DNA of 64,000 nt from an uncultured Candidatus Saccharibacteria bacterium. GTDB taxonomy: Bacteria; Patescibacteriota; UBA1384; CAYGGE01. Location of the stretch: assembly GCA_964349485.1 (NCBI GenBank), contig CAYGGE010000001.1, positions 69,204-133,203 on the forward strand. The letters are read 5' to 3'. Both the position numbers and the translations under genes were made by a program. The notes below the pieces were generated by a model. The model was not told where the DNA came from. It was given only the letters and a program-made list of their open reading frames with translations, and did not search any database. This document shows, one piece after another, positions 8,649 to 17,971 of this stretch (within the stretch, counting starts at the first letter, position 1; every line of letters starts with the position of its first letter).

Positions 8649-9866
8649 ATGGCCAAGCGAAAAACGAGTCAATTCCCCGTTCTGACTAAATTCCAACAAC
8701 AAGCCGAGACGACAGCAGCTCGTTTGGCTCGTCTTGAGGCCGAAAATTTGGCCCGTTCCTCGGGAGCAAGTCGGTTTGCTGGGCGTAAGTTGGTAGCCAC
8801 CGCCACCCGCGTCGGTCAACAACTTGCCGATACAGAGAAAGAGACGGACCAAGAGCGACGACCTGAGGAGATATCTCCCCAGGAAGTTCGTGAGGTCTTT
8901 GCCGAGAAACAAGCCAAGGGTCAGCAAGTCCAGGCAACTAAAGTTCAAGAAGTAGCCCGCAACGCCGCTAGGCAAGAGATCCGCCAAGTTGGCAAAGCGA
9001 TTGCCAAGCAATTTACCCGTCAGGCCTTAGCCACCGCCACTAAAGCATTGTTGACCAATCCATATGTATTAGCCGTCCTAGCGGTCATCGGCCTTGCCGT
9101 TATGATCATTGTATTGATCTTCGCGATTGGACTAGGCGCTGCTGGGTCTGATCCGGCCATTAGCGGGACCAGTGTCCAACAGCCAATCGACCCCGTAAGC
9201 CATGGCGGGACGCTGAAAAGCGTTTTGGCCGGCTCAGTCCGTTCGGCTACCGCCGCAAAGACTTTACTCGCTGAACTTCAGAAACTACGTAAGCGCTTCG
9301 ACACTAACCCTGCCGCCACTAGCACGATTAATACCCTCCAAAAAGCGGCTGAAGCGATGATTGCCAGTCCAAACGACCAGACTGTTTTAGCCGAAAAGAG
9401 CGCCGTCATCAGTGCCGAAATGGCCGAATTACTGGCGTTATTGACCATGCCGGAGCGAATTGCGATTACTGCTCTCTCTAAGGTTACCGATCCGACCGAA
9501 AATTATTACGCACCTAACCCCACTCGGGCCTGTGCCGCTTTTGTCGGCAAGATCCTTCGCGAAGTAAAGGCCGTTCCCACGGTCTGTTCCTTCCGTGCAG
9601 TTACCTTAGCTAGCGAGGTCGAAAAGTTTGGGGCCACCCGAATCATCGCCGACAATACTCCGCTCAATCACGGTTCAGTTAGTCAGCTAGCGGCTGGCGA
9701 TATCATCTTCTTCAATAAAAAGCCTGGTTACTATGGCCATACGGGCATCGCCATCGGTGGTGGCGAGATGGTCGACACTAGCTCATCGGAGCGAAAGGTT
9801 AAGAAGCGACCGGTTATGGATCTTAGTAACGATTATCAAGCGATCAGTTCATTTCGGTTTAATTAA
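8649..9866 (+). CDS. Bitopic cell-wall hydrolase with a C-terminal NlpC/P60- or CHAP-like domain (a PrgK/TcpG-like T4SS hydrolase)
   Basis: Coiled-coil N-terminal region, TM helix (PYVLAVLAVIGLAVMIIVLIF), then a Cys...His pair in NPTRACAAFVGK ... YYGHTGIAIGGGEMVD, typical of NlpC/P60 or CHAP. Confidence 0.5.
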   Translation: MAKRKTSQFPVLTKFQQQAETTAARLARLEAENLARSSGASRFAGRKLVATATRVGQQLADTEKETDQERRPEEISPQEVREVFAEKQAKGQQVQATKVQEVARNAARQEIRQVGKAIAKQFTRQALATATKALLTNPYVLAVLAVIGLAVMIIVLIFAIGLGAAGSDPAISGTSVQQPIDPVSHGGTLKSVLAGSVRSATAAKTLLAELQKLRKRFDTNPAATSTINTLQKAAEAMIASPNDQTVLAEKSAVISAEMAELLALLTMPERIAITALSKVTDPTENYYAPNPTRACAAFVGKILREVKAVPTVCSFRAVTLASEVEKFGATRIIADNTPLNHGSVSQLAAGDIIFFNKKPGYYGHTGIAIGGGEMVDTSSSERKVKKRPVMDLSNDYQAISSFRFN

Positions 9867-9867
9867 T

Positions 9868-12576
9868 ATGCAACAATTATCCCAAGCACAGTCGCGCCTC
9901 AGTCAGCTAGCCAGGACAACCGGTCTACTAGGTTTGTTATTGGCCTTAGTATTGACATCACCACTGGATACACTTGGACAGCAAATCGATGAGACTATCG
10001 ATGATCCGGTAATCGTCTCTAACCCAGTGCCCATCGATGCCGACCGCTTGACCAGCCTCTCGACCCTCCTCTCGACGAAGACAACGCTCGACGATGCCGT
10101 AGCTAATCCAGCTATCGTCTTAAACGAGCAGGATTGGCGGGATTGGCAGAACCTCGAGGGCAAGGATCTCTCGATTTATGATAAACGAATCATGACTGGC
10201 CTCTTGCCGGGCTTAGTTAACGAAGTCGGACCGGGTTTTGAACAAGTCGTGGTTGATCGAGTAAGACGTGGCTATACCGACGAGACGACGGCAATCAGCC
10301 GGAAACTGCCCGACTCAACCAATATCAGTCAGCACTACTATGGCAAAGCCGTATCGCTTACGTCCTTAGGAACAACCCGATGTCAAAATGGATCAGCCTT
10401 CTTTCCACAGTTGATCGATGCGAAATTACCGGTTTGGGTTCACTGGCAGACCGGCGAGGCGGACAAGCAAACTGTCCGATGGCCCTTGGCCCGTAGTTTT
10501 GACGGCCTTATCAAGCATATCTTCTGGCTAGAGGGTCGAGCCCTGACCGAGACGCCGATCGCCGCTGAGACTTGGTCAGATTTCCTGATTGCCATCGCCA
10601 AGAGTGAATTGGAGCAACGGTTCGGGTTAAGAAAAGGTAGTCTAAACAATGTGCCTATTGATGACCTCGATGTGGCATTAGCCAGTGGCCGTCTAGCTAC
10701 TGCCCTCGGCTTAACTGATTTGCCAATCGGAACAACCAAAGCCGAGCTTTTCGAATCAATTGGCCGTCGAAAAGCCGAGGTTGAGCTTAATCTACCGATT
10801 TACGCCTTCGAGGGAACAACTTGGACCGCCATTTATCGAACAATTGGTCAGCGAGTCCTAGAACATGAACTTGGCTTGCCCGATGTCCCGATCAGTAGTC
10901 TAGTCACCGCCGATAATAGTACTGATCCGAAGCTCGCCTTTGGGGGTGAGGCCCGTTTTGGAGCGCTGGCAGACGCAATTGGAGAACGTCAAAACTACTA
11001 TAGTGACTTACGAGTCGCCCTTAATCTGCCAGTCGGTGAGTATTTAGCTTCCAGTAGTGGGTTAGCTTTCCCGGATCGACTGCTCCTGGGTGATGCTGGA
11101 GCGTTCACGACGCTTGGTGCCTACTTTCTGGCTGATAGTCTCGATCTTTCGCCTGGCGACACCAAAACCTTGGTCGAGAATCTAGATAATGACCAGACGA
11201 CCAGTGATCGAGTCATCAACCTTAAAACCGCCCGCCCGATTGACCCAGCCATCAGACCCGAGACACTGTTTAATCTTGAAGTTTCAGACCAACCAAAACT
11301 CTTCGAATCGATTGGCCAACAGGCCGAGTCGACAATCAGTAGTCACCTGCCGCGACTTAACGAGGACGTCTTACAGGCGATGAAGGGTAATAATAAGATT
11401 CCAGAGTTAGGACAGATTATTTCGACCCTAAGTAACGCTAAAGGACGCCAGGCCATCTTAACCAAGATTGCCAGCGCCAGTATCGCCGATGCCAATTATC
11501 AAGGGAACCTGACCAAAGCCGCCCTACAGAACCGAGGAAGGGCGCTGTTCGCCGGAACGATCGGTCTTTCACCCGATGCAATTAGTAGGGTGGAACAGAG
11601 TAAAGCTACGCCGATCGAACTCGAACAGACCGTCAGTACAGTCGCCGACGCGATGGGTTGGCCATCACCCTATGATTCGCGGGTGGCTACGACCGACAAG
11701 ACCTTAATCGAAGATCTGCTGGGGAGCGTCGGTAGCTCTCTCGCCCCAAACGCTACGATAGCCTTAAAGCGCCGCTTACTGACCGCTGGCGCCCATCAGC
11801 TGTGGAACCAGTTAGATATCCCAAAAAGTCTCGTCGATAGTTTGGATCGTTACTTCTTTCTCGGCCAAGCCCTAGCCACACCGGCAAGACTGCCCAGTAC
11901 CAGCCAAGGGACGTCAGACAGCGACGAAGGAGAGACTATTCCTGACGACTTCTTTTCCTCAATAGAGACACAGGCTCCGGTCATCCACCAAATCAGTCAA
12001 GCGACTAGCCTGCCCGAAGCCGATATCACCTACTTCTTCACGGGCCAGATGAGGCCAGCCCTAATTCGAGCGACGGCCGCTTTGGTAGGTCGCGAGCTAA
12101 ACGATGCAGGGACCATGACACCGGCTGAGGTTATCAAACTTCTCGACACCAGTGCGACCGACCTTGGCAATCAACTGGTCAGTCAACCGACAGCCCCTGA
12201 TGTGCTTGGCCCGACATTTCTCGACTTAGCAAAGAAGGCCATCGCGGCCGATGATCCATATAAATTATGGGATGCCTTTCAGGGCGAGATGGTTTACCAG
12301 TGGAATATGGCCTGCCAAGACAAGCAGACCTTAGCCGAAACAGCCATCAGTCGTCTAATCAGTTACCTCATCTCCTTACCTGACAGCAGTCAAAATCAAG
12401 AAGATGTTCCCACTACCCGGCCGGTTCAGATCATGACCCTAAAGGGCTCTGCTGGACTGGCGGGAGGAATTAGCTCGAAGATTAAGGAAGCCTATCCGAA
12501 TGCGGATGGCGAGAACTATAAATACGGTTTATATGCCTTTGCCAGAGGTTGGGATAATGTTTATATTGCGTACTAG
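9868..12576 (+). CDS. Large (about 900 aa) signal-anchored surface/secreted protein of unknown function at the end of the T4SS operon
   Basis: ORF track 9733..12576. More likely ATG at 9868, right after the upstream stop at 9866 (MQQLSQAQSRLSQLARTTGLLGLLLALVL). No recognisable catalytic motifs. Confidence 0.5.
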   Translation: MQQLSQAQSRLSQLARTTGLLGLLLALVLTSPLDTLGQQIDETIDDPVIVSNPVPIDADRLTSLSTLLSTKTTLDDAVANPAIVLNEQDWRDWQNLEGKDLSIYDKRIMTGLLPGLVNEVGPGFEQVVVDRVRRGYTDETTAISRKLPDSTNISQHYYGKAVSLTSLGTTRCQNGSAFFPQLIDAKLPVWVHWQTGEADKQTVRWPLARSFDGLIKHIFWLEGRALTETPIAAETWSDFLIAIAKSELEQRFGLRKGSLNNVPIDDLDVALASGRLATALGLTDLPIGTTKAELFESIGRRKAEVELNLPIYAFEGTTWTAIYRTIGQRVLEHELGLPDVPISSLVTADNSTDPKLAFGGEARFGALADAIGERQNYYSDLRVALNLPVGEYLASSSGLAFPDRLLLGDAGAFTTLGAYFLADSLDLSPGDTKTLVENLDNDQTTSDRVINLKTARPIDPAIRPETLFNLEVSDQPKLFESIGQQAESTISSHLPRLNEDVLQAMKGNNKIPELGQIISTLSNAKGRQAILTKIASASIADANYQGNLTKAALQNRGRALFAGTIGLSPDAISRVEQSKATPIELEQTVSTVADAMGWPSPYDSRVATTDKTLIEDLLGSVGSSLAPNATIALKRRLLTAGAHQLWNQLDIPKSLVDSLDRYFFLGQALATPARLPSTSQGTSDSDEGETIPDDFFSSIETQAPVIHQISQATSLPEADITYFFTGQMRPALIRATAALVGRELNDAGTMTPAEVIKLLDTSATDLGNQLVSQPTAPDVLGPTFLDLAKKAIAADDPYKLWDAFQGEMVYQWNMACQDKQTLAETAISRLISYLISLPDSSQNQEDVPTTRPVQIMTLKGSAGLAGGISSKIKEAYPNADGENYKYGLYAFARGWDNVYIAY

Positions 12577-12839
12577 CTTCTCACGTAAAGCTCTTTAACG
12601 ACCGACTCGCCAAAAGCACTATTCAATTGAGCGATGATTGCCTCTTTGCGTAAGACAAGATCTTGGGCCGCTACTGGGCTATGAGCGATAATCGTTAGAC
12701 GACCGTTGCGGTAGCGAATTGGCTCAAACCGACCAGCCGACACTTGTTTCACCTTTGCCAGCACAACGGCAGCATCAATTGACCGGGACAAGCCGTTGCC
12801 GGTTTTCTTTGTGATGATCTGGCTGATTGGTTTAAACAT
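12573..12839 (-). CDS. DUF721-family small protein (DciA-like) downstream of recF
   Basis: 88 aa. Conserved position after recF. Pattern ...RYRNGRLTIIAHSPVAAQDLVLRKEAIIAQLN resembles DUF721. Confidence 0.6.
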   Translation of the reverse strand: MFKPISQIITKKTGNGLSRSIDAAVVLAKVKQVSAGRFEPIRYRNGRLTIIAHSPVAAQDLVLRKEAIIAQLNSAFGESVVKELYVRS

Positions 12840-12855
12840 AGAAAATCTCTTGTAT

Positions 12856-13974
12856 CTACCTTAGTTTCTCAATCTTCGCCTCTTGGCGCAACTTGGTGTC
12901 CAGATAGCTAACTTCAGTCGTAGTAATGACCGCTTGATGGTTACCGATCAACGTCGCCAATTGACCACGACGATCCAGGTCAAGTTCGGAGTAGGCATCG
13001 TCTAACAGAAAGATGAGCGGCACTGGCTCCTTGGCGGCAAGTAGAAAATCGGCCTCGGCCGCCTTGAGGGCGAGGGTCGCCGATCGGAATTCGCCTCGAG
13101 AACCAAAGGTCGAGAGCGGCCGACCATTTAAGACTAAAGTGAAGTCGTCCCGCTGAGGACCATAAAGGCTCGAGCCAGCGCTAATCTCTCGATCTTGAAA
13201 CTGCTCTATTGACCCCCGTAATAGTTCCTGCCACTGGGTAGCTTGTGTGGGACAGTCGGAGGGGTGGCGATATATACCCTTTAATCCACTTCGCTCACTA
13301 ATTGAGGCCGCTTTGTACTCGAGTTGGAGTAATTCTTTTTTACCACTCATCACTTCGTAGTGACGAGTAATGGTCTGATTAATTAGCTGTAGGAAACCTA
13401 CTCTTGAGGCGATAAGATAGCCAGCTTCTTCCACAAAAGAGTCATTCCAAAAATCTAATTGATCGCGGCTCGCCTGACCTTCATCTATTTGACGGAGTAA
13501 GCGGTTTCGTTGACGTAGGATCTTTTGGAGTTGAATCAGATGATAAGCATATCGCCTGTCGCTTTGAACTAGGACCAGATCGAGAAAGTGACGGCGGCTT
13601 TGGGGTGAACCAGCCACCAAATCGATAGATTCGGGTAAAAAGAGTACCACCCGGACATTGCCTAACAGTTCAATCGCCCTCCGCGCCACGCCATTAATTT
13701 TAACCGACTTGCCGCCGCGTAGTTGCTGGGAAAGGGTAACTTCAATCCGAGTCTCACCAATATCCCCCACCAAACGAGCAACATCGCTCTCCCAGGCGAT
13801 TGCCTCCTTGTCCTGTAAGGCCCGAAAACTGCGAGCCAAAGCCAAGAAGCCGATTGCCTCCAAAATATTCGTCTTGCCCACGCCATTCTTCCCAATAATA
13901 GCCGTCACCCGTTCAAAAGTGAAAGTTTGGTCGGAGTAACTTCTGAAATTAGTGAGGTGAAGGGAGGTAAGCAT
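12856..13974 (-). CDS. recF: DNA replication and repair protein RecF
   Basis: N-terminus LHLTNFRSY and Walker A GKNGVGKTNILEAI. Located in dnaA-dnaN-recF synteny. Confidence 0.95.
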   Translation of the reverse strand: MLTSLHLTNFRSYSDQTFTFERVTAIIGKNGVGKTNILEAIGFLALARSFRALQDKEAIAWESDVARLVGDIGETRIEVTLSQQLRGGKSVKINGVARRAIELLGNVRVVLFLPESIDLVAGSPQSRRHFLDLVLVQSDRRYAYHLIQLQKILRQRNRLLRQIDEGQASRDQLDFWNDSFVEEAGYLIASRVGFLQLINQTITRHYEVMSGKKELLQLEYKAASISERSGLKGIYRHPSDCPTQATQWQELLRGSIEQFQDREISAGSSLYGPQRDDFTLVLNGRPLSTFGSRGEFRSATLALKAAEADFLLAAKEPVPLIFLLDDAYSELDLDRRGQLATLIGNHQAVITTTEVSYLDTKLRQEAKIEKLR

Positions 13975-13986
13975 GAGTGTAAAGTT

Positions 13987-14058
13987 CTCTGGTTGTCTAA
14001 TTCGCTTCGCTATCTGGTTGTCTGGTTATGAACTAGAGAACTAGACGACCAGAAAAAC
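13987..14058. repeat. Copy A of a roughly 70-85 bp intergenic repeat element. Core is ..AACCAGAYAGCGAAGCGAA..GACAACYAGAGAAC when read toward the downstream gene. This copy is 13 bp upstream of the recF start.
   Basis: Aligned by eye to the copies at 32761..32832 and 46125..46210. It contains internal CTGGTT/AACCAGA half-site repeats. Confidence 0.7.
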
Positions 14059-14065
14059 CTCGCCT

Positions 14066-15175
14066 CTAGTCGATCTTCAGTGGCATAACCAGCGAAAAGT
14101 ACTCTTTACTATTGGCCGGCCGCAACACCGCTGGTCGATCAGGACCAGAAAATTCGATGAAAACATTGTCTGAGCTGATCACAGAAAGCGCATCTAGAAG
14201 ATATTTTGCATTGAAGGCGATGGTCAGTTCCTCGCCCTCGGCAATCGCCGTCAGACTACTCATCGCCTCGCCTTTTTGGTCGGCAACAGATTGAATAATC
14301 ATGCCATTGCCTGGTGAGATCTGACATTTCACCATGCCGCCCGCATCTTTAGTGAACAGTTGGGTGGTCTTCAAACTCGCGGTCAAGTCGCCGACATGGG
14401 CGGTGACTCTCGTCTGATAACTATCAGGGATGATTGTTTTATAGGGTGGATAATTACCCTCGATTAAGCGCGAGACCAAAAGGGTCGATTTATAGCCAAA
14501 TTGAATCTGATTATCCCCAACAAAGACCGAAATATCCACAGTCTTATCTTCGATTATCCTCATAACCTCTAGCAAGGTTTGTTTGGGAACAATTACCGAA
14601 CATTCAGACTGATCAGTATATTTGACCGATCGTTCAGCTAAGCGATGACTGTCAGTTGCTACGAGCACTAATCTATCGTTCTTACATTGTAATAGGACAC
14701 CGGCTAAGACAGGGCGGGTATCGTCGAGGGCAGTGGCGTAAAGAACCTGTCCAACCGCTTCTTTTAGAGTTTCTGTTTTAAGGCTGAAAGTTGGTAGAGC
14801 TTTAAAGAACGGTAGGTTGGGGAACTCGGAGGCATCGAGACCACGAATCTTGACCCCTGTGTGCTCACTGGTCAGGTGGAGAGTTGCATCATCGGACACC
14901 TTTCCATTGAAGTAGAGGTCATTACTACTTTGAATGAATTCGTGAAATAAACGAGCTGGTACGGTGAACTTTCCTGGTTTTTTTACTTCGGCCGGAATTG
15001 TTGTTTGAATTCCTATTTCCAGATCAGTTACCGATAGAATTATCTGATCATCTTCTGTGACTAGGAGAATGTTATTTAAAATAGGTAGGGGCATGCGGTT
15101 AGTAGCTAATCGGCTAACTATCCCTAGTCCAGCTATGAGATCTTGTTTTGCTACTTTAAAGTTGAGTTCGCTCAT
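14066..15175 (-). CDS. dnaN: DNA polymerase III beta subunit (sliding clamp)
   Basis: 369 aa. Position directly after dnaA. N-terminus MSELNFKVAKQDL is typical of DnaN. Confidence 0.9.
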   Translation of the reverse strand: MSELNFKVAKQDLIAGLGIVSRLATNRMPLPILNNILLVTEDDQIILSVTDLEIGIQTTIPAEVKKPGKFTVPARLFHEFIQSSNDLYFNGKVSDDATLHLTSEHTGVKIRGLDASEFPNLPFFKALPTFSLKTETLKEAVGQVLYATALDDTRPVLAGVLLQCKNDRLVLVATDSHRLAERSVKYTDQSECSVIVPKQTLLEVMRIIEDKTVDISVFVGDNQIQFGYKSTLLVSRLIEGNYPPYKTIIPDSYQTRVTAHVGDLTASLKTTQLFTKDAGGMVKCQISPGNGMIIQSVADQKGEAMSSLTAIAEGEELTIAFNAKYLLDALSVISSDNVFIEFSGPDRPAVLRPANSKEYFSLVMPLKID

Positions 15176-15405
15176 ATATACACCGTTCTATTTACTAATA
15201 ATATATTTACATAAGTAGTCGTAATAGTCTTAGGGCCTGTGGATCTGGGGATATTAACCTGTCGGGCATGGGGGTAAACGATCATTTTTCTTGGGATAGT
15301 TTGGGGACGAGGTGAGGATGAATCGGGGACAAGGTTTGGCTTTGGCGTGAACGCTGGGGATACTGCCGACTTATCCCTCCCCTATCAACAGCTAACGCCT
15401 CGTAG
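15176..15405. promoter_or_regulatory. dnaA-dnaN intergenic region with an AT-rich tract and several degenerate DnaA-box-like motifs. It may be a second origin module.
   Basis: TGTGGATCT (15238-15246), TGGGGATAT (15246-15254), TGGGGATAC (15355-15363) and TTATCCCTC (15372-15380), plus an AT-rich stretch at 15189-15230. Confidence 0.4.
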
Positions 15406-16854
15406 CTACATAGACTGGTAGAGTTTTTCTTTTAGCCTGGAGAGATCGTCTTGAATGGTTGCGTTGCGGGCAATCTCTTTCTCGATTTTATCTACGCCGT
15501 GCATAACGGTGGTGTGATCCTTGCCACCGATTTCTTTGCCGATCTTGGGGTAAGAATATGATAGTTCGTGGCGCAAGAGATACATAATGATCTGCCTGGG
15601 GTAGACGAGCTCTTTGTAGCGTCTTGTTCCCACCACTTCAGATGACTCGAGAGAAAAGAAATCACTAACAATCTGGATGATCTTGTGGGTACTGACTTGT
15701 CGGCTTCGACTAGTCGCAATGGCTACGTGCGAGAAGACTTGGGCGACATACTCTGGAGTTAGGGGGATCTTTTCTATAGCGCTTTGAGTGATGACTCGCT
15801 GGAGTGCCCCTTCGAGCTCGCGGATATTAGACTGAATGACCTTGGCAATTGCCTCGATCGATTCGTCTGGGATGATATAGTTTCCTTCGGCACACTTGGC
15901 TCGTAAGATTGCCACTCGGGTTTCAAAATCCGGAGGCTGAATATCGGCGACCATTCCCCAGGCGAATCGACTAGTTAATCGACTCTCTAATTCAGGGATG
16001 TTCTGCGGTTCGCGGTCGGCAGTTAAGACAATCTGTTTTTTGGCCTGGTGAAGGGCATTAAAAGTGTGGAAAAATTCCTCTTGGGTCTGCTCTTTGCCAG
16101 ACATGAACTGAACATCATCGATCAAAAAGACGTCAGTCTTTCGGTATCGATCCTTAAAACTATCCATCTGATTCTTACGGATAGACTCGATGAAATCATT
16201 GGTAAATGTCTCGCACGATATGTAGGTGATTCGGAATTTAGGATTATTTTTACGAACTTCGTTGCCGATCGCTTGGGCGAGGTGGGTTTTACCTAGGCCG
16301 ACTCCCCCGTACAGAAAGAGTGGGTTATATTTTTTACCTGGTTCCTCGGCGGCGGCCAAACTGACAGCGTGGGCCAAACGGTTTGAGCTACCGACCACAA
16401 AATTAGTAAACAGCCGAGTTTCGTCGAGCGGTGCATGCCCTTCTGGCACAGCTACCGGAGTATCGGCAAAGACGGCTTGTTGTCGGCCAGAATTGGAGAG
16501 GCTTTCTGCTCCCCCACTCTCCGGGAGGACGATTGGCTCACTGTAATTGGGCGGGGTTTGGGCGATTTGCGTCGAGACCGGCGAGAGAGCTACTGGCGGA
16601 GCTGGAGCCTTGCTGGCCACGGTATAAGAGATGTCTCGAATGGCTGGCCGAAATTTCCGTAGAGCCTCGGCGATATTTTTATGGTATTTGTTGCGAATCC
16701 AGTCAAGGTAGAAGGTGTTAGGAACGCCAATAGTAATGGTCTCCCCGGTGTCGTCGATAATAAAAGTATCGCGAAGCCAAGTCCCAAAGTTAGCCTTTGA
16801 GAGCGAAACTTCGAGTTCGCTCATGACCGATGACCAAAGCCCTTGGTTCTCCAA
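15406..16854 (-). CDS. dnaA: Chromosomal replication initiator DnaA
   Basis: AAA+ motifs LFLYGGVGLGKTHLAQAIGNE and C-terminal DNA-binding domain. The ORF track extends to 16932, where a GTG overlaps a DnaA box. A TTG at 16852-16854 is preceded by GGGAGG and gives the conventional N-terminus (..LWSSVMSELEV..). Confidence 0.93.
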   Translation of the reverse strand: MENQGLWSSVMSELEVSLSKANFGTWLRDTFIIDDTGETITIGVPNTFYLDWIRNKYHKNIAEALRKFRPAIRDISYTVASKAPAPPVALSPVSTQIAQTPPNYSEPIVLPESGGAESLSNSGRQQAVFADTPVAVPEGHAPLDETRLFTNFVVGSSNRLAHAVSLAAAEEPGKKYNPLFLYGGVGLGKTHLAQAIGNEVRKNNPKFRITYISCETFTNDFIESIRKNQMDSFKDRYRKTDVFLIDDVQFMSGKEQTQEEFFHTFNALHQAKKQIVLTADREPQNIPELESRLTSRFAWGMVADIQPPDFETRVAILRAKCAEGNYIIPDESIEAIAKVIQSNIRELEGALQRVITQSAIEKIPLTPEYVAQVFSHVAIATSRSRQVSTHKIIQIVSDFFSLESSEVVGTRRYKELVYPRQIIMYLLRHELSYSYPKIGKEIGGKDHTTVMHGVDKIEKEIARNATIQDDLSRLKEKLYQSM

Positions 16855-16924
16855 GACAACCTCCCGGAACCTATTGTTATTACCGACCAACCTTCGTAAA
16901 GTCGTAGCTCCAATAGTCACACAA

Positions 16925-17200
16925 TTATCCACAGTTTGTCAAATCGCTGTCTAAAGCGTCCCCTACCGCAATGAAAAGCACTTTTACAGGTTAAAAGGAG
17001 TTTATCCACGGTCTTACCCCCAGCTTATCCTCCATATACTTATTCTTTTCCACAATAATGTATGGGTTTTCAACAATAGTTATGACATTATCCACAGCAA
17101 CTTCGAAGTTGTCCTCCGTCATACTTAACTTTGCCCAAAGGCCTTGAACTATCGGGAGCTATAAGGTATACTAAGAGCCACTACAAAGTCTTTGAGGAAG
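16925..17200. promoter_or_regulatory. oriC: oriC between dnaA and rpmH, with DnaA boxes and an AT-rich unwinding region
   Basis: Perfect TTATCCACA at 16925-16933 and 17088-17096. TTATCCACG at 17002-17010, TTTTCCACA at 17046-17054 and TTATCCTCC at 17025-17033. AT-rich tract at 17031-17090. Confidence 0.8.
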
Positions 17201-17207
17201 GATCGTT

Positions 17208-17342
17208 ATGAAGCGGACATTTCAGCCCAATTCTCGTCATCGCAATAAAACCCACGGTTTTCGTTCTCGCATGACGACCACTACCGGCCGCAATGTGTTA
17301 GCCCGTCGCCGTTTACGGGGACGTAAGAAACTCGTGGTCTAG
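17208..17342 (+). CDS. rpmH: 50S ribosomal protein L34
   Basis: Translated by eye as [44 protein letters not shown] (44 aa). It is not in the ORF track because of its length. Confidence 0.95.
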   Translation: MKRTFQPNSRHRNKTHGFRSRMTTTTGRNVLARRRLRGRKKLVV

Positions 17343-17349
17343 GACTATC

Positions 17350-17700
17350 ATGCTTGCTCGTTCTTTTCGGCTCTATAAAAAACGAGATATTCAAAAAGTC
17401 TATAAATCGACCCTAACTAACGGCACTCGATTTTTTTATGTCCGTGCCTTAGTAAACCGAACCAATCAACCACGCCTCGCGGTGGTGATTGGGAAGAAAG
17501 TTGCCAAGAAGGCTGTCGTCCGTAATCGATTACGTCGCTTAGTTCACCAAGCCTTTCAAGAGCTGATGACCGATCCAAACTTTCTTTCAAAAGTGAGCAA
17601 ATACGATCTCCTTCTAACCATCCATCACGATCCCGATCCGCCATATAGCCTGGAGAGAATTAAGTCGGAGACGGTGACATGTTTCGCCAAGTTGCCTTAG
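17350..17700 (+). CDS. rnpA: Ribonuclease P protein component
   Basis: 116 aa basic protein following rpmH. Its N-terminal region ([15 protein letters not shown] ...) and [11 protein letters not shown] basic tract are typical of RnpA. Confidence 0.9.
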   Translation: MLARSFRLYKKRDIQKVYKSTLTNGTRFFYVRALVNRTNQPRLAVVIGKKVAKKAVVRNRLRRLVHQAFQELMTDPNFLSKVSKYDLLLTIHHDPDPPYSLERIKSETVTCFAKLP

Positions 17701-17903
17701 GCCTCATCCGTTTTTATCAGGCGACCATCTCCCCTGACCATGGCCTCTGGCGCCGGGCAGGCTGTATCTACATGCCGACTTGTTCCCAGTACACCTATGA
17801 AGCAATCGAGAAATATGGGGTAGTAAAGGGGTCGCTGTTGGGCATCAAGCGAATCGGTCGTTGTCATCCGTTTGCGAAGGGTGGCTATGACCCAGTTAAG
17901 TAA
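17679..17903 (+). CDS. yidD: Membrane protein insertion efficiency factor YidD
   Basis: [11 protein letters not shown] ... [10 protein letters not shown] ... [11 protein letters not shown] matches the YidD family. It sits in rnpA-yidD-yidC synteny. Confidence 0.92.
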   Translation: MFRQVALGLIRFYQATISPDHGLWRRAGCIYMPTCSQYTYEAIEKYGVVKGSLLGIKRIGRCHPFAKGGYDPVK

Positions 17904-17971
17904 CTTTTTCGCTCTAAAGATTTAGCGTATACTAACTAAGATCCAGCTTTAACTAATGTGGCAATATTAAC

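Noticed and set aside
16048-16954. Cluster of ORFs of 65-106 aa on both strands inside the dnaA coding region
   Set aside because: dnaA is unambiguous from its AAA+ and DNA-binding motifs, so these are shadow ORFs.
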